The notes beneath the pieces were generated by a model, which did no database searches, was not told the origin of the DNA, and saw only the letters and a list, made by a program, of their open reading frames with translations. DNA of 64,000 nt from Mobula hypostoma (taxonomy: Eukaryota). The stretch lies in contig NC_086097.1 in assembly GCF_963921235.1 (NCBI RefSeq), positions 156,242,001 to 156,306,000 on the forward strand, read 5' to 3'. Below are positions 11,955 to 22,566 of the stretch, piece by piece (positions within the stretch are counted from its first letter, which is position 1; each line of letters starts with the position of its first letter). The position numbers were made by a program, and so were the translations under genes.

Positions 11955-13161
11955 TGCTGGAGCCATGTATCTATTTTCTGTCTTTAATTGTATTTTGTGG
12001 TGCTTTTATGTTAAACTGCCCCATGGATTGGGGTGTGGTAGATGCAAATGAGGATAGTGACATCAGGCTTTGTTTTAGTTTAGTTTAATCTATTGCAGGG
12101 AGTTGAGCCATGGGGAATGATACTTTTTGTTGACCACGAATTAGAACATTGTTAGGCTGCTTATTATGTTAACTTTGCTATTAGAACACTATTTGACGAC
12201 CAATTAGAATGTTTATTTATATCATTATTCAATCACTATTAAACTGCTTAGTATCACTAATATCATATTAGACCGCTAATTAGACCGATATACCACTAAT
12301 TTAGTTTTGTTAGTTTTTTTATTGGTATGATATCATTCACCTTTGGTTTTGTAATAAATGTATTTTAGTCTATTTGGAACTTCGCAAATTTTAAGTGTAA
12401 GGGGTTTCTTCTTTTATATTACTGCGTAGGCTAATTAAAATGGCTTCTTTGTTATGTTATAATTGAAATGGCGGCTTTGTTATGTTAAATGCTGAGATGC
12501 TAGCAGGTCGTTTGGGTTATATTATTGATAATAGAGCTAATGAACCAACTGGGATAGATGTTATTCTTTCTAGTGTGTCTGTAAGTTATTGTGATGTGCA
12601 GGTTTTTGGGCAAAAGGCGCAAGAGAGAGAGGATGGACAAGGTGCAGTGAGCTGGCTAATGGGATCAGACCACAAGCAGGAATCAGAGGTCCAGGGTTTT
12701 CAGCGAGGAGAGGAGACGGAGACAGACTCTTGTGGAGCGTCTGGTCGACCACCGTGGTTGGTCCCAGGCGGCAGGTTGAGGTGGTCAGAGGGGATCGAAT
12801 AGTGAAGGGAGGATCGTTACTCAAGCTCCAACTATTTGTTCACGAAGAGACTGAACTTTAAGTGTGGCACCTTTTATTTTCCTTTTATATTTTATCTATT
12901 AATTATATAGTTCCAGTAATATCTATAAACTGTAAATCATTTAATCGTATCTGGTGTATTGTCTGTTATTTGGGTGGGGTGGGGTACATCACACAGCATC
13001 CACACAAACTAATTACCCAGTTTTGCGGGGCCGAGGGCTGTTTCCCTAGACGACAGCGAGCCAAGCGACCCTGAGGCTTGCCAGGGGGCTACATAAGCAT
13101 GTCACACAATGTCAATTACCCTGGCTTGGTCTCTCAGCGGTTTTGGCTTGTAACTACTACA
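11955..13161 (+). repeat. 3' LTR of BEL/Pao copy 1, interrupted by a solo LTR
   Basis: Begins TGCTGGAGCCATG after the polypurine tract; AATAAA at about 12353; terminal CTCTCAGCGGTTTTGG...TAACTACTACA matches the LTR end of copy 2. Confidence 0.85.
12396..13093. mobile_element. Solo LTR (698 bp) of an unrelated LTR element
   Basis: TGTA...TACA termini; exact 4-bp TSD TAAG at 12392-12395 and 13094-13097; host BEL LTR is colinear on either side. Confidence 0.85.
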
Positions 13162-13570
13162 ATGCCATTAGGAAAATTGGAGCAGACTGAAGTAACATCT
13201 TAAGCAGGAGTTGATATGCTTCATCACCAGTCTCTGAAAACACCTCATTGTGGATGTGCTACTGACAATAGTCATTGAGACAGGTTACCACGCTCTTAAG
13301 CACCCGTATAATTGAAGCCGCCTTAATGCAGTTGGGTACCTCAGACTGTCAAAGTGAGAGGCTAAGGATCTTAGTGAACATTCCAACTAGTTGATCAGCA
13401 CTAGTCTTTAGTACTCGGCCTGGTACCCCATCTGAGCCAGATGCTTTCCGTAGCTTCACCCTCCTGAAGGATGCTCTCACATTGGCCTGAAAGACTGAAA
13501 TCATGGGGTCACTGGGTGCTGTGGGAGTTCATAATGTTTCCTCTAGGTTTTTACAGTCAAAGTCTGTGTT
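13162..13570 (-). mobile_element. Old Rex1/Babar-like LINE RT fragment, right part
   Basis: Minus strand has CLNDY..VA and KASG.DGVPGRVLK-like motifs; continuation of 2890-3051. Confidence 0.6.
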
Positions 13571-14609
13571 GGTAAAATCCAGTGGTACTTCATTTTTTTT
13601 CTCATGATTTTATCACATTTTCAAAAGGAAATGCAAGTAGTTAACAAGTCATGATTAGTCTCCCTTTTCTAATATCATGTTCTCTCACTCATTAATTAAC
13701 TGAAGCATTTTGAGGATGCTAAATGTATATCCTTAGTTGTAGGTGCTAGTGATTTTCCAAATACTGTAGTTCTGTTTTCCCTCAAAGTAATAATGTATTT
13801 TTTCAATTTAGAGTTGTTTCTAAATCCAAACATTTTGAAAAATTATAGGTATCAGTGATGTTCCCAACTATAAATATAACTAAGATGCAGATGTTGAAAA
13901 ATATTGCAAACATTCAGGAACTTGGGCAGCATCCATGGAAAGAGAAATATTGTTAATTTTTCATTAGAAATGAAAAAGGGAGAATGGAAAAAAATAGCTT
14001 AGTGACTGAGACTGGAGCAATTAAAGTGTGAAAAAGTAGCATTTTTGGCAGTGTTCCTATACCATCATTGTACACCTTTCCATTTTTGTTATTTGTGACA
14101 CATGTCCTGCTCTGAGTGTTTTTTTTTCTGTAAACACACAGGAATTTCATTGGAGCCCTGGTATGTGTTACACAGAGGTACAAGGAGTGACTGATCCATT
14201 CTGTGTAATTGTTCCCCTTGGCCAAGTTAATATGTTTACAGGAAAGAACTGCTCAGTATCAGGCTAATAGTACAAACTTGTATTTGAACACAAAAAAACA
14301 AGGGTTATTCATTACCTTCAGAAACCTTCTCAGCAGAAGATGCATTGCAGGTGTCACTTTGCAGACAAAGGTTACACAAATAAGGTTTCCCATTTCTGCA
14401 CGTTAAATATTGGTACAGGAATTACAATTAGCTGGTTGGTGTTGTATTTGGAAAGATGTACTCATTTTGTATGCTGATCCTTCTGTTTTATCTAATAGGA
14501 ATTTCTGACCTGATCAGTGTGGGAGGAAAATTTAGGACAGTAAAACAGAATGGGATTCCAGAACCTGTTCTCTAAAACCAGTTTTATTCTAATGTCTGGG
14601 AACATGGAT

Positions 14610-14950
14610 CATATGCAGTGAAAATAGACCATTCATCCCATTGACCCAATGCCAGCCACCAAGCACCAATTGATCCCTTTTACACGGATCCCCACAAATT
14701 CCTCAATTTCTAACACCACTTTGGCTGAGGGCAATTTGTGGTGGTCAATTTTCCCTTCAACCTGCACACCTTTGGTAATGTAGGAGGAAACCAGAGCATA
14801 CAGAGGAAACTCGTACTATCACATGCTGACTGTACAAATGCCACATGGAGAAGAGCAAAGGTAAAATGAACCTGAATCACAGGAGTTGAGGCTTTACTAG
14901 TTGTGGCAATACAGTTCTTAGATTTGGAACTCATTACCACAGCACTAACA
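14610..14950 (-). mobile_element. V-SINE-like SINE, degenerate
   Basis: Reverse complement contains TGCTCTGGTTTCCTCCTACATTACCAAAGGTGTGCAGGTT, a V-domain-like core, with a CR1-like tail. Confidence 0.55.
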
Positions 14951-15039
14951 TTTCTTGTTTTCTCTAGAAAAATAATTCAAGTAGTCAAAAATTGTTTGTA
15001 ATATCACATCTGTAACTTGTGCACTAAATGACCAGAGGT

Positions 15040-15200
15040 TAGTGCCTTTCCTGTAGAGAATAATACACAGTCCAAAGATGTACCAGTTGGTAGATGAATC
15101 GATCATTGTAAATTATTCTGTGATTAGGCTAGGGTTAAATTGGGGGTTGCTGGGCAGCGCAGCTTGAAGGGCTAGAAGAGCCTATTCTGTGCCACTTGTC
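15040..15200 (+). mobile_element. V-SINE-like fragment
   Basis: CACAGTCCAAAGATGTACCAGTTGGTAG...CATTGTAAATT core followed by a GGGCTAGAAGAGCCTATTCTGTGC CR1-type tail. Confidence 0.5.
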
Positions 15201-15619
15201 AACAAACAAATAAAATTTAGTAAAACAGATGGGTAACTTGCATTGTTGGCCAGAAAGAGCTACAATCAGTGAACAGGAATGAAGGCAGCCATTTTGTGAA
15301 ACTCTCCTTGCAGCCACAATTTTGTGAGCAGTTTGGTGAGCTGATTCTTGCTGTGGAATAATTTGCTCACAGCAATTGAATGTGGATGCAAAGAGATTCT
15401 GCTGATGATCTGCTAAACCTGAGACCATTCTTAGATGAGCTGTTTATTTTGTAAAATGGCAGGTTCACAGAAGCCCTGTAATTTTGTTATCTGGGCACAG
15501 TGCCTTGGTGGCCTGGTTTATCTGGTTTGAACCAGTCAGAGTTGACTAGAACAAACTCAATCGTCTAAAGTATGAAGGTGAAGGCCATAATACAATACTG
15601 CCTGTAGTCCTGAGCTACA

Positions 15620-16290
15620 TCAGAATCAGAATCAGAATCGGGTTTAATATCACCGGCATAAGTTGTGAAATTTGTTAACTTGGTGCCAGCAGTACAATGC
15701 AATACATGATAATATAGATCAAAAAAAAGCAAATCAATTACAGTAAGTATATATGTACAGTATATTAAAGTTAAATTAATAGTGTAAAAACAGAATTAAT
15801 ATTAAAATAAAAGGGAGATAGTGTTCATGGGTTCAATGTCCATTTAAGTATCAGATGGCAGAGGGGAAGAAGCTGTTTCTGATTCGGAGTGTGCCTTCAG
15901 GCTCCTGTCTCTCCTACCTGATGGTAACAGTGAAGAAAGGGCATGTCCTGGGTGTGGAGGTCCTTAATGGATGCTGCCTTTCTGAGGCACTGCTCCTTGA
16001 AGATGTCTTGGATACTATGGAGCCTTGTACCCATGATGGAGCTGACTAATTTTGCAACTTTCTGTAGCTTCTTTCAATCCTGTGCAGTAGCTCCCCCACC
16101 CTCCACCCCCATACCAGACATTGATTCAGCCTGTCAGTGCTCTTAGTATTACATCTAGAGAAGTTTTTGAGTGTTTTAGGTGACAAACCAAATCTCCTCA
16201 ATCTCCTAATGAAACATAGCCACTGTCTTCCATTCTTTTCAGCTGCATCGATATGCTGGGATCAGATGAGATCCTCAGGGAAATTGACAC
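15620..16290 (-). mobile_element. Rex1/Babar-like LINE 3' end
   Basis: (ATCAGA)3 tail at about 15619-15640; minus strand KAASIKD.H.PGHALF..LPSGRR-like C-terminus. Confidence 0.65.
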
Positions 16291-17639
16291 CGAGAGACAT
16301 CCTTTGGGAATCTGACATGGGTCAGTCAGATGGCCCTGAACCAACAAAACTCAAATATCACAGATTGACCTGATTAGGAAAGGTATAAAAGTAGATGATT
16401 TTGGGAGCTCGGACAGCAACAACTCTCTGGAGACCAGCCATCATGGATGTGGAGGAGCCCACATCGGACAAGTGGAGATCACATCTGGACCATGAGGAAT
16501 ATCTGGCCAGAAGAATCTCTTCCTGGGTATCACTTTTTTCTCCTTAACAGTCCATGGAGAGCCAGGGAAACCTAACAGGTGAGCACACAGGTATTCATTT
16601 GTGTGAATTGACATGCTTTTGAGCTGAGCCAATTTGTTAATGCAGATTCTTTCTCAGCCAAACTGATCATTATTAGAAAGGGCAATCCTTATAACAGAAT
16701 TCCTTCTCTCTCACATCAAAAGCAATTCCCTGTTAAAACTTGATTACTACAGCTTATTTTCTACTACAATACTCGCATTGCCTTTGGGAAGAGGATAAGC
16801 GGAATTAAATCTTAATCATAGGAAGCTCCATTCAGCTGTATCTGGTGCAATGGAAATTAGTTAAATGTTTGGAGGCTGTAAATTGTTCTTGAGGTAGATT
16901 GTTTTACCTTCAGCAATCTGTTTATCTGAATAGATTGATACAAACAGCTTGTAATTTATCCATTAAAGATCCATAAAGGAAATGATTCAGCATGAAGATT
17001 GACAGCTGCTTACGTGACTGTTTCATCCACATTCAAGATCAGGCAGAGGACAGGCTGGTGTATTGTAGGTCAGCCCTTTGGTTTTAGTTTTTGTTTTTAT
17101 CTTTGAAAATATTACTGCCATCTTGCATCACAGGCAAAATATGGAAGAGATGGATATAAAAGGGATTTGTATTAATAAAACACATCATCATTTCCAGCAA
17201 TGTGTTTGAGTCCAAATTATTATTATTTTGAAGGCAAATATTTTCTTCTCATTAGGCAGTTTGTCAGTATTTAGGATAACTTACTTCTAAGTCCAGTTTT
17301 GCAGGTTATCAGGTAACTAATAAAACTGAAATGGGAGCTATTAACTCTGTTATCCACACAGCACGAGTTGCCTGACAGAGCTGAACAGCTAATTTATGAG
17401 GTGTTGTATTCACCTCATAATCCTACCACCACAGGCTTCTGTATGTTCCTAGTGAATGGACAAAAAGAACTTGATACCACCCTATCCTGCTCCTTTTCCA
17501 CTCTGAGTGTTTGTGGGCAATGATTCCCAGAAGACTATGAAGCTGTTATTTGCCTTCAAGAAGGTTTTAAGCACATCCTCACATTTTCGAGTCCAAGTGG
17601 TAACCACTTCAGTCACTACCTAAAAGGTAATGGTGATAT

Positions 17640-18360
17640 CAACTCAAATAACCACATTATTAAATGTCTGACATGTGAACAACATTGTATGTCCAACATT
17701 GGCAAGACTTTGCTGAGCACTTTCTGTTTGCAATGGCCATCTGGAGATCCTGGTTGCTAGCCATTGTAAGTCCTGTCCCTTGTCAAATAACAATTTGTTT
17801 GTCCTTGGCCTCCTTCACTTCCAGAGTGAGGACAAACATGAACTAGAGGAACAACAACTAATTTCACATGGGTAGGCTACAACCAAATGGCATGAATATT
17901 CAACTCAATTTCAGGCAACTTTCACCCCTTCCCAAGTTCTCATAAACACTTTTTTATCCACTTCCCCAACACCAACCCTCCCTACCTGTATCCATCTGCT
18001 TTTCACCCAGACACTCAAATCTATGGCTTCGCCCTACTGTTCCCATCCGTCCAGCTTCTCTCCCTCTTTTTTCTGGTTCCACTCTTCACTTTCCTTTCTT
18101 ATCAGACTTCATAATCTGCAGCCCTTTGTCTCCATCAAACCCCTCCCAGCTGTTACCTCTGTCCCCATTCATCCTCCCCCACCTGGCTTCATCTCCCCAT
18201 CAATTCCTCCTCACCTGGATTAATTTATCACCTGTCAGCTCCTGCCTCGTCCTACCCCCTCAACTCTTTGTACTGGCTGGTCCCCTCTTCTTCCCGCCCC
18301 CCCCCCACCTTTAGTCCTGTGTCAGCCGTAATGTAGTAACACAACCTGACATGTCGATTG
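17640..18360 (+). mobile_element. Degenerate Penelope 3' part (GIY-YIG end and pyrimidine-rich UTR)
   Basis: FAEHF..., ELEEQQLI...LQPNGMNI match the end of the 10090-10923 ORF. Confidence 0.7.
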
Positions 18361-18869
18361 TCCTTTTGTCAGAATCGAACCTGTCTTTAGTGCTGTGAGG
18401 TAGCAGCTCTACTAGCAGTGCCAATGCCACTCACTCATTCAGTACTATGTTGAAAAATCATGAAGTGGGTCTTGGAGCTTCTATTTTCTCTGTTTCTGTT
18501 TCAGAGATATCAGCCATATTTTTTTTTCTAGTTTCTACAGACCTGAAATCAAACTATTATCTTGTTATCTCAGTCATATTATCTCACATTTTAGGGCAAC
18601 AATATTCTACATGTGTAGCAAAATTCTCAGTGTGGAAACAGTATTAGATATAGCAGGAAGGAAAGTACAAGGTAAGTAAACCTGTTAGATACTTGAGCGG
18701 ATGGCAGGTCAATGCGACCTACACAGGCACACCAGCTGAAAGAGAAACTGCTGATTGTGAGGCAGAAGGAGCATGCAGTGAAAAGTATCCAACTGTCATT
18801 AGAGATAAAAAATGTTAATTGAACAAATGTGGGGGATGGATCTCAGTTTATAGTCAAGCTATAAGTCAA

Positions 18870-20175
18870 GGTTGTCCCCTGGAGACAACAAGAAAGGCAT
18901 AGCGATTAAAAGGTGTTGTAGTGCACAAGTAATGGTTGGCACCTAACAAAAAAAAATGCATGATTTGAAACACATCTATGGGCCTTTCAGAAATGAATAC
19001 AACAGGAATGCAGAACCAATGGTGAGCTGTTGGTATGAAATCTGGGAAATGTTTGCAAAAGTTGCCCAACAAAAGTCATAAACCTGAAGACTGTTTAGAA
19101 AATCAACAAAATTGACAAATACTTGGAAAACAGAAATTAGGAGTAAACTGACTGAAAACATAAAGGAAGTATTGTACCAGATTATACTGGCATGTAAGAA
19201 GGAAGTTTAGGGAGGAAGAACATGAGCCTTTTATAGACAGATTATAGAATTAGTATGCAGAATAAGAAAATGGCAGAGGAGTTTAAAAATTTAACGAATA
19301 TCTTGTACCTGTCTTGACAGAAGGCAACACAGAAAACTTTTTGAGAAAATTGGAGATTCAATGATCAAGTGTATAATGCAAAATAAAATAAACGATTTTT
19401 GGAAATATTAAAAGGCACTGGAGAAGTCAGCAGCCTGATACATCCCAATGATCATCTGAGTTTCAACGGTTTTGCAAAAGGGGTCAGTAGAGATCGTGAA
19501 TGCTCTGGTTGTCATCTTCAAAAGTTCTGAAATAAATGGAGAGTATCTCCTATCTAATAAAAGGGAGAGTGAAAACAAAACCACTGACCTGTTAAATTGA
19601 CATTGGATAAAAAGAAGAAATGCTGGATTCTATAAGAATTAATGTGATATCAGGACACACAAAAATAATTGTAGGATTGAGCAGAGTCAATATGTAAGGA
19701 AAACATAGTTTGTCAGATCTATTGTACATTCTTGAGATGTATCTAGTGGAGTAGATGACAGGTGAGACCAGTGGATGTGAATTAACACAGTGTATTTTGA
19801 TTCAAAGTAGCTTTTGGATAAGAAGGATGGTAAGTAAGTTTAGAACATTTGAAATTTGTGCTAATAAACTAATGTAGATTGGATGTTTGTTTCTAGATTA
19901 AAAGGAAAGATCAGGAACAAATAGTTTCTTCTCGAGCTGTCAGACTGTCAACATTAAGTAACCTGAGGAGTTTGTGACAGACCTTCAATTGTTCACAATC
20001 TGACTACAAGGGTGCTTAATGTAGTATTTCAAAGTCTGCTGTTGACACAGGTGCAGAGAGCTTTCAAGGGGATGTAGTACAAGTAATTGGGAGGACAACA
20101 ACCATAGTAAATGAAACAGATTTACAAAATGAAAGGATATCCACAAATAGACATATACAAAAGATGATTACTTTT
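18870..20175 (+). mobile_element. Very old CR1 ORF2 remnant (host of the Tc1 insertion; resumes at about 21720)
   Basis: Decayed CR1 RT DNA motifs; GATTACTTTTA|...|GTGGTGAAAGATT approximates the CR1 DYYLNGERL segment across the Tc1. Confidence 0.55.
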
Positions 20176-20176
20176 A

Positions 20177-21719
20177 CAGTGCCTCGAAACAATGTTTTAT
20201 TCACATAAGTGAGTTTTACAACCAGAGATTTCAATCAATTTAACTGAGAATTTTCATTTGTGAATCACCTGTTCTTTCTGCACAGATCCCAATAAACAGG
20301 GAAAATTGTAAAGCATGAGAAACTGAAATGCCAGCAGTTTAGAAGTATTCATCCCCTTTGCTCAGTACTTATTTGAACCACCTCTCACAGCTATCAGAGC
20401 TGGTAGCTTTTTCTGAATGACTCTCTGTTAGGTTTGCACAATATGATGAAACAAGATTTGCCCATTGCAAAATTGCTCAATCTCTGCCAGATTAGTAGGG
20501 GAGCGGTGGCGGACAGCAATCTTGAGGCCTTGCGAGAGATGTTTGATCAGGTTAAGGTCAGAACTCTCACCGGTCATCTCAAGGACTTCAATTTTCTTCA
20601 TTTGAATCCACTCCATGGTTGCTCTGGTAGTGTGCTTTTGGTCACTGTCCTGCTGAAAGACTAACTTCCTCCCCAATTTAAGCATCCTGGCAGAGGCCAA
20701 CAGATTTTTATCCAGGATCATTCTGTATTTAGCAGCATTCATCTTCCCATCAATCTTGACAAGATTTCCAGTCTCTGCTGAAGAGAATCCCCATAGCAGA
20801 ATACTACCTACACCATAAAGGATGGCGTTGCCCGGATGATTTGTAGTTTTAGATTTATGCCATACGTACCACTTAGTGTTGATGCCATAAAGTTCCACTT
20901 TAGTCTCATCCACCCACAAGACTTTCTTCCACATCTTTACGGTATCTTCAAGGTGACGCTTTTAAAAATCTTTACAGGCAAGGATTCACTTTTTTAGCCA
21001 GGGCTTCTTCCTTGCCACTCTTCTGAAAATACTCTTTTTGCAAGGCTCTGGAGTTTGTGAAGCCATGATGTTCATCTCCAGTTGCAAGCCACTAACTTCT
21101 GTAGCTCACTCAGTGTCTGTTGGTGTCAGTGAATAGTGCCTATCTTACAAGCAATATTCTTCTCCAGTGACTAAGTTTAGTGAAATGGTCTGACCTAGGC
21201 AATGTGGCTGTGGTTTCATATTTTTCCATTTTTTCACGATGACTGCACTGAGCTCCAAGGTATGTTCAGTGCCTTTGAGATAGTCAAGTAACCTTCCCCA
21301 GATTTGTGCCTCTTTATTATCATTTCCCTGACTTGTATCGAAAGCTCTTTTTGGTTTGTTCTTTTGAAAATCTACCATACTGTTTGACCTTACAGAGAAT
21401 GGGGTATTTATTCTATTGAATTCATTGAAAACAGGTGATCCACCAATATTCTACCTCAACAAATTTGGTGAACTGGTTAGGAAATATATTACAACTGAGG
21501 AATGTTAGTGTAGTGATTAGAGGATGAATACTTTTTCAGACTCTCAATTTTGTGTTTTAATTTTTTGGTAAATTGTTGACAGGTTTTGGAATTTTTCTTG
21601 TGAACTGATATGATACAGTTTTGTACATTAGCTCAAAAAATCCTAATTCAATGTTTTAAATTTAGAAAATGAGACAGTAAAATGTGAAAATTGTTGTGGG
21701 ACTGAATACGAGTCACTAA
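20177..21719 (-). mobile_element. Tc1/mariner DNA transposon, degenerate
   Basis: TA|CAGTGCC left end; inverted motif AAGTATTCATCC (20343-20354) / GGATGAATACTT (21522-21533); transposase remnants on minus strand. Confidence 0.9.
20428..21378 (-). pseudogene. Tc1 transposase pseudogene (DDE domain)
   Basis: WKKVLWVDETKVELYG, FQQDSDQKHT, SSDLNLIKHL correspond to decayed WSDETK / QDNDPKH / SPDLNPIE motifs. Confidence 0.88.
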
Positions 21720-21821
21720 GTGGTGAAAGATTATATGTCTTTGAAGTTAAAGGATGCCATTGGATGACACTGAAACTAACAATCTCAGCAAGTAAATATG
21801 AAGAGAAATGGTGGATGCTGG

Positions 21822-22465
21822 AAGCAACAGTGACCATGCCTCTGGCAGAGAGTCTGGCCCTGTGGCTCAGAAGGGTAGGGAAAGGAAGAGGACGGCAGCA
21901 GTGATAGGGGACTCTATAGTTAGGGGGACAGACAGGCGATTCTGTGTACGCAAGAAAGAAACTCGGATGGTAGTTTGCCTCCCAGGTGCCAGGGTCCGGG
22001 AGGCAAACTACCATCCAAGTTTCTTTCCTGCGTCCACAGAATTGCCTGTCTGATCCCCTAACTATAGAGTCAGATCGCGTCCAAGATATCCTGCAGTGCA
22101 AGGGAGAACAGCCAGAGGTCATGGTACATATTGGTACTAATAACATAGGTAGGAAAAGGGAAGAAGTCCTCACAAAAGACTACAGGGAGTTGGGAAGGAA
22201 GTTGAGAAGCAGGACCGCAAAGGTAGTAATCTCAGGATTACTGCCTGTGCCACGCGACAGTGAGAATAGGAATAGAATGAAGGGGAGGATAAATGTGTGG
22301 CTGAGGGATTGGAGCAGGGGGCAGGGATTCAGATTTCTGGATCATTGGGACCTCTATTGGGGCAGATGTGACCTGTACAAAAAGGACGGGTTGCACTTTA
22401 ATCCCAGGCGGACCAATATCCTGGTGGGGAGGTTTGCTAAGGCTACTGGGGAGAGTTTAAACTAG
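21822..22465 (+). pseudogene. CR1 ORF1 SGNH/GDSL esterase-like domain, disrupted by an inverted duplication
   Basis: VIGDSIVRG, CLPGARV, VHIGTNN, DGLHFN blocks. Confidence 0.85.
21910..22071. repeat. Inverted repeat, 74-bp arms with 14-nt spacer
   Basis: 21910-21983 vs reverse complement of 21998-22071, 6 mismatches by manual comparison. Confidence 0.92.
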
Positions 22466-22566
22466 AATTGTTGGGGGGTGGGAACTGAACTGAAGAGACT
22501 GGGGAAGAGGAAGTTGGCTCACAAATAGAGAAAGCTTGTAGATAGTGCAAGAGGGAGGATAGGCAA

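Larger units (their letters stand above)
3052..13161 (+). mobile_element. BEL/Pao LTR retrotransposon, copy 1 (decayed, three nested insertions)
   Basis: Starts TGTAGGAGCCATG, ends ...CTACTACA; homologous LTR start at 11955 after purine tract GGGCAGGGA; gag-protease-RT-RH-integrase remnants with BEL-type motifs. Confidence 0.9.

Noticed and set aside
14142..14160. Possible 19-nt micro-exon (...ACACAG|GAATTTCATTGGAGCCCTG|GTATGT)
   Set aside because: Splice-like signals occur by chance; no recognisable protein, no neighbouring exons, length not a multiple of 3
15619..15640. Short tandem repeats (ATCAGA)n and similar tails as CRISPR-like arrays
   Set aside because: LINE 3' microsatellite tails; no spacers and no cas genes; eukaryotic context
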